Assembly: GCA_014905635.1 (NCBI GenBank)
Contig: JABVCE010000023.1
Span: 372,001 to 436,000, forward strand
From: Scenedesmus sp. PABB004
Taxonomy: Eukaryota
Reading direction: 5' to 3'
Length of the DNA stretch: 64,000 nucleotides
Position numbers and translations under genes: made by a program
Notes under the pieces: model-generated
Told to the model about the DNA's origin: nothing
Databases searched by the model: none
What the model saw: only the letters and a program-made list of their open reading frames with translations
In this document: positions 49,631-63,407 of the stretch, one piece after another
How positions within the stretch are numbered: the first letter of the stretch is position 1
Layout of the letters: the number at the start of each line of letters is the position of its first letter

Positions 49631-52600
49631 ATGGTCTACTCGGCGGCGGAGCTGCTGAAGCTGCAGGTGCGGGGCGGGCGGGCGCGATGCCCTCGCGGGC
49701 GGCGCCGTCGCGCGCGCCCGGGCGCGCCACAGCCGCCGGCGCGGCGCAGGCGAACATCAAGCGCGACCCCGATGGCTATCGCGACGAGTTTCTGCTGCAG
49801 GTGCGCGCGGGCGCGGGGGGCCAGGCAGCAGCGCTGCCGACGCCTGTCCCGCGCTCGCGAGGGCGCGGCAGGCCCTCCGGCGCCGGGAGAGCGGACACGA
49901 CGCGCGGGCGCACGGCGTGACGTAGCGCCGGTGTCGGCCGGCGCGCCCGGCCGGCGGCGGCGGCGCCCGGCCGCCGGCGGCACGGCGCCCGGCGCTCACG
50001 CGCGGGCCGCGCCCGCCGCGCCGCCGCGGCCCCGCAGTACCGGCACTACCAGGCGTGCCTGCAGATCTTCCAGCTCAAGCCGGGCCAGGACAGCAAGGAG
50101 TTCGCAGAGTTCATCACCTTCATCGCCCAGGCGCGCGGCGGGGGGCTCCGCCGCAGCGCCACAGCGCCGCAGCGCGCGGCTCGGGCCCGCACCCCCCGGC
50201 CCCCCGGCCCCCCGGCCCCCGGCCCCGGCCCACCCCCGCCGCGCCGCGGGGCCGCCAGGTGTGCAAGTGCTACCCCACGAGCACGGCGGGCTTTGCGGGC
50301 GAGCTGACCGCGCTGCTGGAGGAGCAGCAGGCGCTGCTCGACGCGGCGCTGCGGCGCGCGATGGTGCAGGCGCTCATACTGCTCCGCAACCGCAACCAGG
50401 CGCGCCGCGCCGCCCGGGCCGGGCGCGCCCGCTGAGACGCCGCGCGCGCCGCCCCGCCAGCGACGCGGCTGCCGCGGCCGACGGCGGTGCGCCGCGCCGC
50501 CGCCGCCGCCGCCGCCGCCCGCGCAGCTCGACCCGGCCGTGCTGCTGCCGCTGCTGTTCAAGCTGTTTGCCGTGAACGACAAGGCCCTGCGCCAGCTGCT
50601 CTTCCGACACATCATTGCAGGCACGCCGGCGCGGCGGCGCGGCGCGGGGCGACGCTGCACAGCAGCGCGGCGGCGAGGCAGCGCGCGCCCGCGCGCCGCG
50701 CACCCCCACACCCCACACCCGTCCCCCACGCCCCTCGCCCCTCGCCCCTCGCCCCGCCGCGCGCGGCGCGGCGGCGCGCAGACCTGAAGGCCTCCAACCG
50801 CGGCGGGCGCGCGGAGCGGCTGAACAAGGCGGTGCAGGCGCACCTGTACGGCGTGCTGGCCGACGACAACGAGCTCGCGGCCAAGCAGAGCCTCGCCGTG
50901 CTCAGCGAGCTCTGGCGCCGCCACATCTGGCGCGACGCGCGCACCGTCAACTGCATTGGTGCGCCCCGCGCCCCGCGCCGCCGCTCGCGCTGCGGCCGCC
51001 CGCGCGTTGCCGTTGCCGTTGCCGCCGCCGACCCCCCCCCCTCCCATCTCTGCTCGCCCGCCCCCCGCGCAGCGAGCGCCGTGTTTCACCGCAGCCCGCG
51101 CGTGATGGGCCGCGCGCTCAAGTTTTTCCTCGGCCAGGACGCGGCGGCCGGCGGCGACGACAGCGACGACGACGGCGGCGACGGCGACGACGACGGCGAG
51201 GGCGGCAAGGGCGGCAAGGGCGGTTCCAAGGGCGGCGGCCGCGCCGCGCCGGCCGTCGCCGTCGCGCCGACGCGTGAGGAGGTGTACCGCGCCACGCACA
51301 AGGTGGGCGGGCGCGCACGCGGCACGCGGCACGGGCGGGCGGGCGCGGCGGGGGCCGCGGGGCGGAGGCGGCGCCGCGCGCCCGGGGAGCCAGCGGCGCC
51401 GCCGACGCGCCGCCGACGCGCCGCTGACGTGCCGCGCCGCCGCCGCGCGCGCGCGCGGCGTGCCGCGACGCGTTAGGGCACCAAGAGCAGCAAGCGCAAG
51501 AAGACGGCCAAGCTCAAGCGCGTGATGGTCACGCTCAAAAAGGCGGCCCGCAAGGACGCGGCCGCGGGCGGCGAGAGCTTCGCCGCGCTGCACCTCCTGC
51601 ACGACCCGCAGGCGCGCGGCTCGGCGCGGCGCGGCGCGGCGCGGGGGGCGCGCCGGCGCAGGGGGGGGAGGAGCGGGGGGCGCCGCGGGCACGGGCGGGT
51701 GGGCGCGCCGCCGCCGCCCGCCGCCGCCGCCGCCGCCGCCGCGCCGCGCCGCCGCGTGCGCGCGCCGACGCCGGCGCCGCGCGGCGCGCAGGGCTTTGCG
51801 GAGCGCCTGTTTGGCCGGCTGCAGGCGAGCCGTGAGCGCTGGGAGACGCGGCTGGACATGATGACCCTCATCAGCAGGTGACGCGCCCGGGGCCAGGGGG
51901 GGGGGAGGGGGGCAGGGACCAGGGGGCGGCGCGGAGGGCCCGGCCGCCGCGCCCCAGGCGCGGTCCGCCGGGCGCCGCGGCCGCCGCCCGCCCGTGCGGC
52001 TCACGCGTCGCCGCCGCCGCGCCTGCCCGCGTCGCCGCTGCGCGCCGGCGCCAGGGTCGTCGGCGTGCACCGCCTGCTGCTGCTCAACTACTACCCGCTG
52101 CTGCAGAAGTACGTCGCGCCGCACCAGCGCGACGTCACGGCCGTGCTCGCCGCGCTCGTGGCGGCGCGCACGAGCTCGTGCCGCCCGAGGCGCTCGCGCC
52201 GGTGCTGCGGCAGCTGGTCGACCAGTTTGTGCACGACAGGCGCGGCGGCGGCGGGGCAAGGCGGGCAGAGCGGGCCCGGGGCCCGGGGGGGGGGGCAATG
52301 CGGGGCGCGGGCGGTCACACGAGGGGGAGCGTGCGCGGCGCGCCGCTCGCAGGGCTGACGCCGCCGCCGCCGCCGCCGCCGCTGCGCGCGCGCGCGCGTG
52401 CGCGCAGGGCGCGGCCCGAGGTGATGACGGTGGGGCTCAAGGCGGTGCGCGAGCTCTGCCTGCGCTGCCCGCTGGTCATGGGCGAGGAGCTGCTGCAGGT
52501 GCGGTGACCCGCGCGCGCGTGTGTGTGTGTGTGTGAGAGGGGGGGGGGGGGCTGCGCAGCCCTCGCCCGCCGCCGCCACGGCCCCCTCAACCCTCAACCC

Positions 52601-54238
52601 TCAACCCCTGAACCCTCCCTCCCCCCAGGACCTGGCACAGTACAAGCGCTACCGCGACAAGGCGGTCGCCACCGCGGCGCGGGGCCTAATCGGCGCGTTC
52701 AGGGAGATCAACCCAGGTGCGACGCAGCGCGCGCGGCCCACGCGCGCCGCGCAGCCGCGGGCGCGGCAGGGCGCGCGGCGGCGTGGGCGCAGGCGCAGGC
52801 GCCCCGGCGGCGGCGCGGGCGCCCGCCGACGCGCCCCGCCGCGCTGCCCCGCCGCGCCTCCCGGGCCGCAGCGCTGCTGGCCAAGCGCGACCGCGGGCGC
52901 GGCGCGGAGCTGGTGCCCGGCCCCGCGGGCTACGGCGAGGCGGCCGCGGCGGAGCGCCTCGACGGCGCGGCGCTGCTGGAGGCGCACCTCGCGGCGGGCG
53001 GCGGCGACGTGGACAGCGACGTGGACGCCGACGCGGCCTGGGCAGCGACAGCGGCAGCGGCAGCGAGGAGGACGACGCGTGCGCGGACGAGGGCAGCGGC
53101 AGCGGCGACGAGGACGACGGGGGCAGCGGCAGCGGGGCGGAGGAGGAGGCCGGCGGCAGCGAGCAGGAGGCGGCCAGCGGCGGCAGCAGCGAGGGTGAGG
53201 GCGAGGACGGGGAGGAGGTGGCGGGCAGCGAGCCCGGCAGCAGCAGCTCCTGGGAGGAGGCGGGCGCCGACGAGGCCGACGAGGCCGCGGCCGCGTCCCC
53301 CGCCGCGCGCCGCGGCGCGCCGAGCACGTCTGGCCGCAGCGGCGCGGCGGCGCGCAGCCGGCGCAGGCGGACAGCCTGTCCGCGCTGAAGAAGCGCCTCG
53401 CCGCGGCGCGCGCGGCGCAGCAGGCGCCGCCTGCGCTTGAGCCGGGGTGCGGGGCGCTGCCGCTTGAGATGAGCCGCATCCTCACGGAGGAGGACTTCCG
53501 GCGCATGCGGTGAGCGAGCACCCGCGCTGCTGGCACGGGGGCACGGGGGGGGGGGGGGGGGGGGGGCTCCGAGCTGCCCACGGCGGCGCCGCCTGCCCCT
53601 GGCGCCGCCGCCAACCCGCCGCCGCCCTCTCCCCCCGCCCGCCCGCAGCGAGCTGAAGCGCAAGGCCCTGATCCAGGCGGCGCTGGCGCGGCACGGGCTC
53701 GCCGCGGCGCGCAAGTCGGGCGGCGCGGCGGGCGTGAGCGAGGCCAAGAAGCGCCGCCTGCTGGCCGCGGCCGAGGAGGAGGCGGACGAGGCGCTCGCGC
53801 TCGCCGCCAAGCGCGCGCGCATCGGCGAGGCGCAGGTCGCGCCCGACGACCTCACGGGTGCGCGCCGCCCCGCAGCGCAGCGCGGGCGGCCGCCGCACAG
53901 TGCAGCGCGCTGCGCCGCGCGCGCCGCGCCGCACAGCGCGCGGCGCCCGCGCGCGGCCACCGCGCCCACCGCCGGCGCGCCGCGCAGGCGTGCACAAGCG
54001 GCGCAAGGACAAGGCGGAGCGCCTGGCGAGCGTGATGGCGGGGCGCGAGGGCCGCGAGGCCTTTGGCGCGCGGTCGGGGCTCAAGAAGCAGAAGACGGGC
54101 GGCCTCAGCGAGCGCCAGAAGCAGCGGGCCAAGGCGATGCCCGTCGCGGCGCGCATCGCGCAGCTGCGCAACCGCGCGACAAAGGCGCGCGCCAAGAGCA
54201 ACCCGCGGCACTTCAAGGGCCACGTCAAGAAGAAGTGA
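49631..54238 (+). CDS. SDA1: SDA1 (60S ribosome biogenesis factor)
   Basis: LQANIKRDPDGYRDEFLLQYRHY, ALILLRNRN, ELWRRHIWRDARTVN, ALHLLHDPQGFAERL, RILTEEDF and KTGGLS. About 13 introns. Three apparent 1-bp deletions. Confidence 0.93.
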
Positions 54239-54884
54239 GCGCCCACGCGGCGGAGACGGCGGCGGCGGCTGTGGCTGCTGCTGCGGAGTGTGGGTTGGCG
54301 CCGGGGCTGCAACAACCCGCGCGAGCGCTCCGCACTCCGCGCCCGCGCGCCCGGCGTGTCGCCGGCGGCGGAGCTGGCGCCAGCGGGCGGCCGCAGCAGG
54401 TCGCGGCGTGGCGGCACAGCAGCTGGCCAGCGCGCCGGAGGAGCAGCAGCTGCCGGCGCGCTGTCCGGCCTGAGCGCTCAGGCCGGCGCCGGCGCTGGCC
54501 GGCGGGGCGGCGCGGCGCCGCGCCGCGGCGAGCGGGGGGCCGGTGTGGCGCAGCAGCGAGCTGGCGAGTTGGTGACAGTTGGCTGCCGCGTCCCCCCGCT
54601 GCGCAGCAGGCTCCGCCGCCGGCCGCCGCCTCCGCGCCGTGCCGCCCGCCCCGCGCCGCCCGCTGCCGCTGGGGCCGCGGCGCCGCGCGCGCAGGGCCGC
54701 CCGCGATGTGATCGGCGGCCCGGGATGGCGCGCGGAGCGGCGCGCGGCCTCCCTCGATAATGCGCCCGCCGCTGAACCGCGGCCCATCGCGCGCTCGCGC
54801 GGGCTGCGTCCCAAGGCCCGGGGCCCCGCCTGGACCGCCCTCTCTCAGGCGCACGACACGTGCCGTTGGGGCAGCGACGCCAAG

Positions 54885-56658
54885 ATGCCGACGGAGGTGG
54901 GGCGGCGCGGCCGTGTTCGCCTCCCGCGCTGTGCCGGCGGCCCGGGCGCCCCCGCGGCGCTGGCTGGCGCCGTCCGGGCGGACCCCCGTCCCGCCGGGTT
55001 GGCGCGGCGGGCGCGGCGGGGCGCCGGCGGGCGGCAGCAGCATCGCCGGCGCCACTTGGCCGGCGCCACGGCCTGCGACGGCCGGCGGTGGCGCGCATGG
55101 TCCGACCCGCGGCCCGTGCTCGCGCGCAGGGCCTTTTCAAGTATCACCAGTACCAGGTGGTGGGCCGCCACCTGCCCACGGAGAATGATCCCTCCCCCAC
55201 CGTCTACCGCATGAAGGTGTGGGCGCAGGACTCCGTGCGCGCCAAGAGCAAGTTCTGGTGAGCCCTGGGAGCGCTGCGCCGGGGCCGCGGGGTGACCTGC
55301 GAGGGCGGCGCGCGGCGCAGCAGCAGCAGCGGCCGCCGCCGCCGGGGCGCCGCGCGCAGTGCCCCGGAGCAGCAGCAGGCGCACCAGCAGGACGGCCGGG
55401 GCATGAACCGGCGGCGCGGCACAGCCGACGGGCGGCGCGGCACACACACAGCAGAGCAGCGCAGCGCAGCCTGCGGTCGTCGCTGCAGTCGCTGCCAGCG
55501 CCTCGCGAGCGCGCACGCGCAGCAGCAACAGCAGCAGCAGCAGCAGCAGCGGCTGTGGCGACGCCCGGCGAGGCGGCGGCAGCGCCACAGACGCGCAGCG
55601 CAGCGGCGACCGCGGCAGCAGCCAGCCGGGCGGCGGCAGGCCCGGCAGCGGAGCAGCGGCGCGCTGCTGCGCGCCGCGCTGCGGCGGCGCGCGCCGACGC
55701 GGGGCCGCGCCGCCGCGCGCGTGCCCGCCGCGCCGCAGGTACTTCCTCAGGCGCCTGCGGCGTGTGAAGAAGGCCAACGGCCAGATCATCGCCGTGAACG
55801 AGGTGCGGCGCGGCGGCGATGGCGCAGCAGAGGCGGCAGCGCGCGGAGCAGCGGCGGCGGCAGCGCGCGGAGCAGCAGCGGCGGCAGCCGGAGCGGCGGC
55901 AGCCGGAGCGGCGGCAGCCGGAGCGGCGGCGGGGGCAGTAGGAGCCAGCGGCGGCGGGGCGGCTCGAGCGGCGGCTGGGCAGCGCCGGCGGCAGCGCCGG
56001 CAGCAGCGCCGGCGGCAGCGCCGGTGGCTGGGGCAGCGCGAGCGGCAGGGGCGGCGGCGGCGCGCGGCGCCGCCGCGTCGTCGCCCGCGCGCGCGCGCGC
56101 GCGCACGCCGGCCGCCCATGCCGCGCGCGCCGCCCGCGCCGCGTGCGTCGCCGCGTGTCAGATCTTTGAGCGCAAGCCCACCACGGTGAAGAACTTTGGC
56201 ATCTGGGTGCGCTACCAGAGCCGCACGGGCTACCACAACATGTACAAGGAGTACCGCGACACCACGCTCAACGGCGCGGTGGACCAGATGTACACCGAGA
56301 TGGCCTCGCGCCACCGCGTGCGCTCGCCCTGCATCCAGGCGCGCGCGCTGCCGCGCCGCGCCGCGCCGCGCCGCGCTGCTGGGGCCGCGAGGCGGGGCAA
56401 GGGCGGGCGGCGGCGGCGGCGCGCCGGCGAGGGGCCGGGGCCGCCGCCCACGCGCCGCACGCGCACGCGCACCGCGTCGCCGCCGCGCAGATCATCAAGA
56501 CCGCGACCGTGCCGGCGGCGGCGTGCAAGCGCGCCAACACGCTGCAGTTCCACGACAGCAAGATCAAGTTCCCGCTCATCCACCGCCTCGCCCGCCCGAG
56601 CGCGCCGGAGTTCCGGACCCTCTACAAGGCGCAGCGGCCCAGCGTGGCCATGATCTGA
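54885..56658 (+). CDS. RPL18A: 60S ribosomal protein L18a (eL20)
   Basis: [81 protein letters not shown]. Confidence 0.96.
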
Positions 56659-57022
56659 CGCGACGCGACGCGGCGACGGGGACGGCGCGGCTGCTGGTCG
56701 GCGGGGCCGCGACGGGGGCTGCAGGGCGCGCCCCCGGCCGCCGCGGATGGCGCGCGGGGGACCGCGCGGCCGATGCAACCCCGCCCTTTGGTCGCCGTTG
56801 CGCCGCCGTCGCGTTGACCGCCAGCCCTCTCCTCGCCTCCGCACAGCACGCACGCCCCGCCAGCGCGCCCCCACACCCGCAGCGCGCAGCAGCGCCGCGC
56901 GGGCGCACGCAAGCGCCGGTCGCGGCGCGCCGCGACCGCTCGCCCGCCCGCCCGCGGCGCGCTGTTGCCCGCCCCCGCGCGGCGCGTAGCAAACGTTTGC
57001 GTAGCGTAGCACCGCGCTCGCC

Positions 57023-60000
57023 ATGGGCGCCGCGGCTGACGTTCAAGCGCCGCGCGCCGGCGGTCGCCGCGCGGCGCCGGCGGCGCCCAGGGAGCGGCCG
57101 CGCAGCAGGAGCAAGGGCCGGCCGGCCTCCGCGGCTGCGCGGGTCAAGGCGGAGCTCGCCGTGCTGGCGGCGGCTGGCAACGAGCAGCTGTGGAGCCTGC
57201 GCCCGGCGGTGTGCGCCGCCAGCGTGGACGCCGGCCGTGCGCTGCAGGCGCAGGTGCTGGACGAGCTGCAGCAGCTTGAACTGTTGCAGCAGCAGGTCGG
57301 ACTCACGTACAGCGCCGCACGCGCGGCGGCGGCGCACCAGCGCGAGCCGGCGGTCGCCGCCGCCGGCAGCCAGGCGACGGCCAGCCCGGTCGTGCCGCCC
57401 GCGCCGGCCGCGCCCGCCGACCAGCCGGGCTGCGTGGGCAGCTGGGCTGAGGCGCTGGGCTGCGTGGACGACGGCGGCCTGGAGGCCCGCGCGGCGCGGG
57501 AGCTGCGCGACATGCACAGCTGGCTCAGCGACCAGGAGATGCGGCTGACGCTGGTGAGCGGACGACGGGGCCGCCCGCGCGCCACTCACCGCGCCCGGCC
57601 CCGTCGGGCGGCGCCCGCCCTGCTCGCTGACGCGGGGCACGCCGCCTGCAGCCGAGCGTGGCGGCGCGCTACTCCAACGCGGCCGTCGCGGCGCGCGTGA
57701 GCACGCTGAACTGGGAGCTCCAAGGCCTGGCACAGCGCCGCGCCGCCTGCGAGGCCGCGCTCGCCGAGCTGCGCGCGGCACCGGGCTCGCCGCAGCCGCT
57801 GCAGCGGCGCCAGTCGTTTGCAGACTGGGCGGCCGCCGCGGACGGCGCGCCGCGGGGCGGCGCGGAGCGGTCGGGCGCGGGCGATGGCGCGGCCGTGGGC
57901 GACGGCGGCAGCGACGCCCGGCGGGGCAGCGACGGCTCGGACGAGGAGGCCGAGGATGTGGCGGCGGCGGCAGCAGCAGCTGAGGGCTACGTTGGCAGCG
58001 GCCTGGGGGGCCGCGCCAGCGCGCGCAGGTGGGGGCGCCAGCCGGCGCGCGCGCCCTTTGGCACCCCGCGCGTCCTGCCGCGCCGCCTGACGCCACGCCG
58101 CGGCGCAGGTCCGTGCCGCGCAGCAGCGACGTGCTGCAGCTCTCGCACAGCGGGCTGCGGCCGCAGCAGCTGGGCCGGGTGGCAGCGGCGCTGGTGGCGG
58201 CGCCCTGGGTCACGCGGCTCGACCTGTCGGGTGCGCGGCGGCCGCGCGCCGTTGTGCTGCGCCCGGCGGTTCCGCGCCGAGCCGGCGCCTCGCGCTGCGC
58301 CCGGCAAAAGCCGCGCCGGGCCAACCCCCCCCCCCCCCCCCCCCCCGACGCCACCCGCCGTGGCCGGCCCCGCAGGCAACGCACTGACGGACGGCGCGGT
58401 GGCAGAGCTGGCCGGGATGCTCGCCGCCAGCCCTGGCACGCCCGGCGTGACGTCGCTGTCGCTGTCGCGCAACCCACTCACGTGGCGCTGCGCGCCCAGC
58501 CTGGCGCAGCTGCTCGGCGGCGGCGGCGGCGGGCTGCGGTGCCTGGCGCTGGAGGGCGTGGCGCTCGGCGACCGCGGTGCCGCGGTGCTCGCGCCCGCGC
58601 TGGCCGCCAGCAGGCACCTGAGCAAGCTCAGCCTCACGTGTGCGGAGCTGAGCGACGCGGGCGGCGCCGCGCTGTGCGCTGCCGGCGCGGCGCTGGTCGA
58701 GCTGGACCTGGGCTGGAACGCGCTCGGCCGCGAGACGGCGAGGGCGGTCGCGGCGGCGCTCGGGTCGCCCGGCTGCCGCCTCTCGCGGCTGGGCCTGAGC
58801 CGCTGCGGCCTCGACGACACCGCCGGCGCGGCCGTCCTCGACGCGCTCCTGCCGGGCGAGCCCGGACTCACTGGCGCCTGCGCGCCGTGGCGCTGCGTCG
58901 ACCTGTCGGACAACGCCCTGGAGGGCGGCGCGGCGCTCTGCGCCGCCGCGGTCGTGGCGGCGCACGCGAGCCGGCGGCACGACCGCCTGCCAGGCGACGG
59001 CGCCGGCGGCAAGGGGCCCGCCAGCTGCGGCGCGGGCGGCCTGCGGGCGCCGCGCCGATCCCTGCTGCTGGGGGGCAACCCGCTCGGCGCGTCGGGCGTG
59101 CGCTGCATAATGCGCACCCTCGGCGGCTTGCCCGGGGCCGCGCTGGCGGCGGCTGGCCGCGGCCTCGGCTGCGCCGGCGAGCAGCCGGGCGGCCTGGAGG
59201 CAGGGTCGCTCGGCGCAGCCGGCAGCGCGGCGGAGCAGGGCGGCGGCGCGGCGCTGCCAGCGGTCGACGTGGCCATCCCGCGCGTGGCGCTGCTGGCGCG
59301 GGAGCGCGGCTTCCGCAGCGGCATGCGCGACGGCCGCCACGCGAGCGCGCTGTCACCGCAGGTGCCGTCCCTCCTTGACGCGGTGGCCGCGCCGCCCGGC
59401 GGCAGGGGCCGGGCTGGCGGCGCAGGCGGCGGCGGCGAGGCGGGGGCGGCGGCGGCGCTGGTCGTCACCGAGGCGGCGGCGGGCTTTGACCTGGCCTGCC
59501 CGGCGGGACAGTACCGGCTGGCACTGGCGCACCCTGCCACGAAGCACCTGCTCGGCCAGCTCCTGGCGCTCCGCGCGGCGCTGCAGGCGCTGCAGGCGGA
59601 CGTCGCGGCGCAGCAGCAGCAGTGGCAGCAGGAGCGGTCGGGCGCTGCCGCAGCCGTTGCGGCCGCGGCGGCGGTCACCGCGGCGGCGGTCACCGCGGCG
59701 GCGGCGGGTGACGCGCCGCAGCCGGGCCCGGCGGGAGAGCCCGCCGGGGGCAGCGGGCGCGTCGCGCGCACGAGCAGCACCGCCGCGTCCGCCGCGGCGC
59801 CGCCCGCGTCCGCCGCGTCCAGGCCCGCAACGCCGCCGACGCCCCCGCGCCCGGGCTCGGCGCCCGCACGGCGCCGCGCGCCGCCGGCGTGCCCCGTCGA
59901 CGTGCCGGCGCTGGCCGAGCTGCGGCTGGACGGCAAGGCCGTGAAGCTGGAGCAGCTGCTGGCGCGTCTGCCCGCGGCGACCGGCGGCGGGGCGGCGCGG

Positions 60001-63000
60001 GCGACGCCGCCGACCCGGCAGCGGAGGCGGCGGGCGCCGCCGCAGACGGCGCGCCCGCGCCCGCGGGCGCGCGGCGGCCGAAGCAGGCCCGGCAGCTCGA
60101 GTTCACCGTGCGCGCGGCGGCGGTGCTGGTCGGCGCGGAGCCGCCGCTGCTGCCCGCCGGGCTGCTGCGCTGGGCGCTGGGCGCGATGGCGGGGCACGCC
60201 GAGGTGTGGAAGCTGCAGCTGCTGGAGCTGCTGCTGCCGGACTGGCTGCTGCTGCCCTGGCAGGCCGTGGAGCTGCTGGGCGCGTTTGACCGGTGAGGCG
60301 GGGCGGCGGGGCGGCGGGGCGGCGGCCTGACAGCGCGCGCGCGCGCGCGCGCAGTGTGATGCGCGCCCGCCGCCCGCCCGCCGCGGCCGCGGCCAGGGAG
60401 CTGGGCGCAGAGGAGCAGCTGAGCGCCGCGGGGCTGCTGTGGGCGCACCTGGCGCAGCCGATGGAGTTTTGGGACGCCGTCCTGCCGGTCAGCCTCACGC
60501 CGCACCAGCAGCGGCGCTTCCGGGACATGTGCGTGCGTGCGGGGGAGGGGAGGGGGGGGGGCGCCCCTCTCACCGCTATCCCGGCCTGTGTGAAGGGGTG
60601 AGCGCTCCCCCGGCCCCACCCCCGCGCCGCCGCAGGCTGGGCCCGCAGCTGGTGTGCCTGGACCGGCGCAACCTGACGGGGCCGTACGCGCTGCACCTCG
60701 GCTGCGCCGTGCACCGCGCCGTCGCGGCGCGCCTGCAGGCCGCGGCGCTGCAGGACGGCGCGACCGCCGAGTGCAGGCGCGGGCGGACCGCCCGCGCTCT
60801 GCCGGCCGGGCCGCTGCTGACCGCCCCCCTCCCCCCAAACCCTGCTGCCGCACCCCCGCCCTCAGGTACTACCTGAGCTGGCGCAACGCGGCGCTCAACG
60901 GCGCGCCCCTGCGGGACGACGCGGTGAGGCAGCTGCAGGCCTACGCGCTGCCCCACGCCGGCAGCCTGCGCCTCGACTACGCCTCCTACCAGGCGCGCGG
61001 GGCCCTAAACCCTCGCCGCGGCGGCACACCAAGCTCCACATCGAGCGCGCGCGCCCCGCCGCGCCACGCCGCGTCGCCCCCGCAGGTGCCCGACCCCGGC
61101 TGCCCGCCCGCGCCGCCCGACGACCTGCGCCGGCTGCTGGGGGACCTGCGGCGGCTGCACGCCGCGTACGACAGGTGCCGGCGGCGCCCCGCGCGGCCGC
61201 GCGCGCGGTAACGCGCGCGTGCAGCCTTGCAGGACGCTGCTGCCCGCCGGCGCCGCAGGCACCTGCTGGAGCTGCGGCGCGAGTTCTGGCCGGGCGGTCT
61301 GCGCCGCGCCTGCGGCGACGGGGGCCAGGCGGCAGCGGCGGCGGCGGCGCGCCCGACGCGGCCTGGTGGGCACGAGGCGCTCGCCGCCGCCGAGGCTGCA
61401 CCCCGTCAGCCGGCGCCGCCGGGCGGCGGCACGCCGTGGTGGGCGGCGTCGGGCCTCGACGCCAGCGCCCTGCTGCTCAGGCACCAGTCCGCCACCGAGC
61501 TCCCGCTCCCGGGGCGCAGCCGGCCGGGCAGCAGCCGGCCGGGCAGCAGGCCGGCCAGCAGCCGCGGGCTAAGCCGCCGCAGCACGCGCAGCACGGCGCC
61601 GCGGCCCGGCACCGCGGCCAGCGCAGGCAGCGCCGGCACCGCCAGCGCCGGGGGTGGGGGAACGACCGACGAGCAGCTGCTGGCGTGCCTGCTTGGCGCG
61701 CCCGAGCCGCGCGGCGCGGCCGCCACGTTTGCCTGCCTCGGACAGCGCCGAGTGGTGGGCGTGCTGGGCCTGCTGGGCGGCATGCCGCAGGGCCCCGCCG
61801 CCGTCGCGGCGATGCTGGGCTGCCTCTCGCCGGTCGTGGCGGCGAGGTGGGCCGCGGCGCTCGGGCCGAGGCACGCCGAGCGGGGGCGTAGGCGGGGGCA
61901 CGGCGAGGGATGCAGCCGTCCCACCTGCGGCGCCGCCGCGCAGGTTGGTGCACGGCGTTGCGGACCAGGCCCCGCTGCTGCCCGCGGCACTGCGGTGCGC
62001 AGCGCTGCCGCTGCTGGCCCCCGCCGTAGCGGAGTCGCTGCGCGAGGTCGCCGCCGCCATGGGCCGCGCCGCCGCGTTGCGCGACGTGCAGCAGCTGCTG
62101 CTGGTGCGCCGCTTTGCGGCGGCCGTGCCCGGGCTGAGCTGCGACCAACTGGGCGCGGTGCTGCGCGCGCTGCGCGCGCCGGGCGGCGCCGCGGGCGGCA
62201 CGCGCTGCGGCGCGGCCGTGGCGCTGTGGGCGCGCGTGGTGGACCGGCGCGCGCTGGTCCAGGTCTTTGCGGGCCTGGCCCCGGGGGAGCAGCTCGCCCT
62301 GATGGCCTGCCTGGGCAGCTACCACGTGTGGGCCGCGCTGCGCGCGCCGGCGGGGCTGCACTGGCGGCTGGACCTCACGGTGCCGGAGCAGCGCGACGTG
62401 GCGCGCGAGGTCATAAGGGTGCGAGGGGAGCGAGGGAGCGGGGCGGGGCTGGCTGCCGGCGCGCGCTGTGCCGCGCGCGCCGCCGCCCACCCACGTATGA
62501 TGCCTCGCGGCGCGCGGCCGGCCCGCCCAGGAGGCGGTGCGCGCGAGCCTGGCGGAGCGCGCGCGCAGCGGGTCGCGCGTGCGCCAGCTGCTGCGCCTGC
62601 GCGCGTCTGGCAAGGAGGTGGCCGACCCCGAGGACGACAAGCTCTGGCTCAGCCTGGAGAGCAAGCACAGCGACCTGGAGTTTGACTACGCGCCCACGCA
62701 GGAGCAGGGCCTGCTCGCGCAGCAGCGCGCGGCGGCGCGCATCCTCGCGGCGTGGCGGCGGCGGCGTGCGCGCCGCGCCGCGGGCAGCCGGCCCGCCACG
62801 CCCGGCGCGGCGGCCGAGGGCGCGGGGGGCCTGCCGCCGGCGCCGGCACCGTGCCGCGCGCCCCCGCCTCCGGCGACGCCGCTCGGCAGCGACAGCTGCA
62901 GCTTCAGCGGTGCGAGTGGCCTTGACAGCGGCGGCACCACCTCCAGCCTCTCCACCGGCGGCAGCTGCGCCAGCTTTTACACCAGCGGCAGCTGCACGCC

Positions 63001-63130
63001 GCTCTCAGCCGCCAGCGCTGTGTCAGACGGCGAGGTGCCCCGCGTGCTCGACCTCCACGCGGGCCTCGCCGCGCAGCGCGCGGCGCTGGGCGGCAGCGCG
63101 CGCCCCACGCCGCGCCTGGGCGCCGAGTGA
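57023..63130 (+). CDS. Large RI-type LRR protein with repeated 'G-x-Y-x-L-x-L' modules and an IQ-like motif
   Basis: LDLSGNALTD, LSLSRNPL, LDLGWNALG and VDLSDNAL. Repeats PAGQYRLAL, LTGPYALHL and PAGLHWRLDL. IQ-like [16 protein letters not shown]. Confidence 0.75.
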
Positions 63131-63407
63131 GCGGGCCAGCGGCACCGGCACGGGCGGCGGCGGCTGTGTGTGGGGGCTGCGGCCGGCGTGACTGCAACCC
63201 GCGCGCGGCCTGACGCGGTGCAGGGCCCAGCCCCGACGGCCCGGCGGTTGAGCGCACGCGCGCGCGCCCCGGCTCCCCTCAGCCCCAGGGCCAAGGCTCT
63301 CACAGCCACGCCCAGGCAGCGCCGGCCGCGTGCCCCCGCGCAGCGCGAGCGAGCGGACCCGCTCCCCTCCGCGCCGCCGCCCTCCGCCGCCGCCGCCAGC
63401 CTGCGTG

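Noticed and set aside
52160..53350. Programmed frameshifting or pseudogenisation of SDA1 (also Lon ~48470, LRR ~60000, ~27570, ~43180)
   Set aside because: Each shift equals a single missing base in repetitive context, with no slippery site recognised, and SDA1 is otherwise well conserved. Consensus sequencing errors are more likely.
55097..55129. RPL18a start at ATG 55097
   Set aside because: The upstream mini-exon ATGCCGACGGAG|GTGGGG at 54885, after a pyrimidine tract, spliced to the CAG at 55129 is a better model.
55258..56161. Intronic snoRNAs in RPL18a introns
   Set aside because: The introns are CAG/GCG-repeat rich, and I found no convincing C/D or H/ACA box arrangement by eye.
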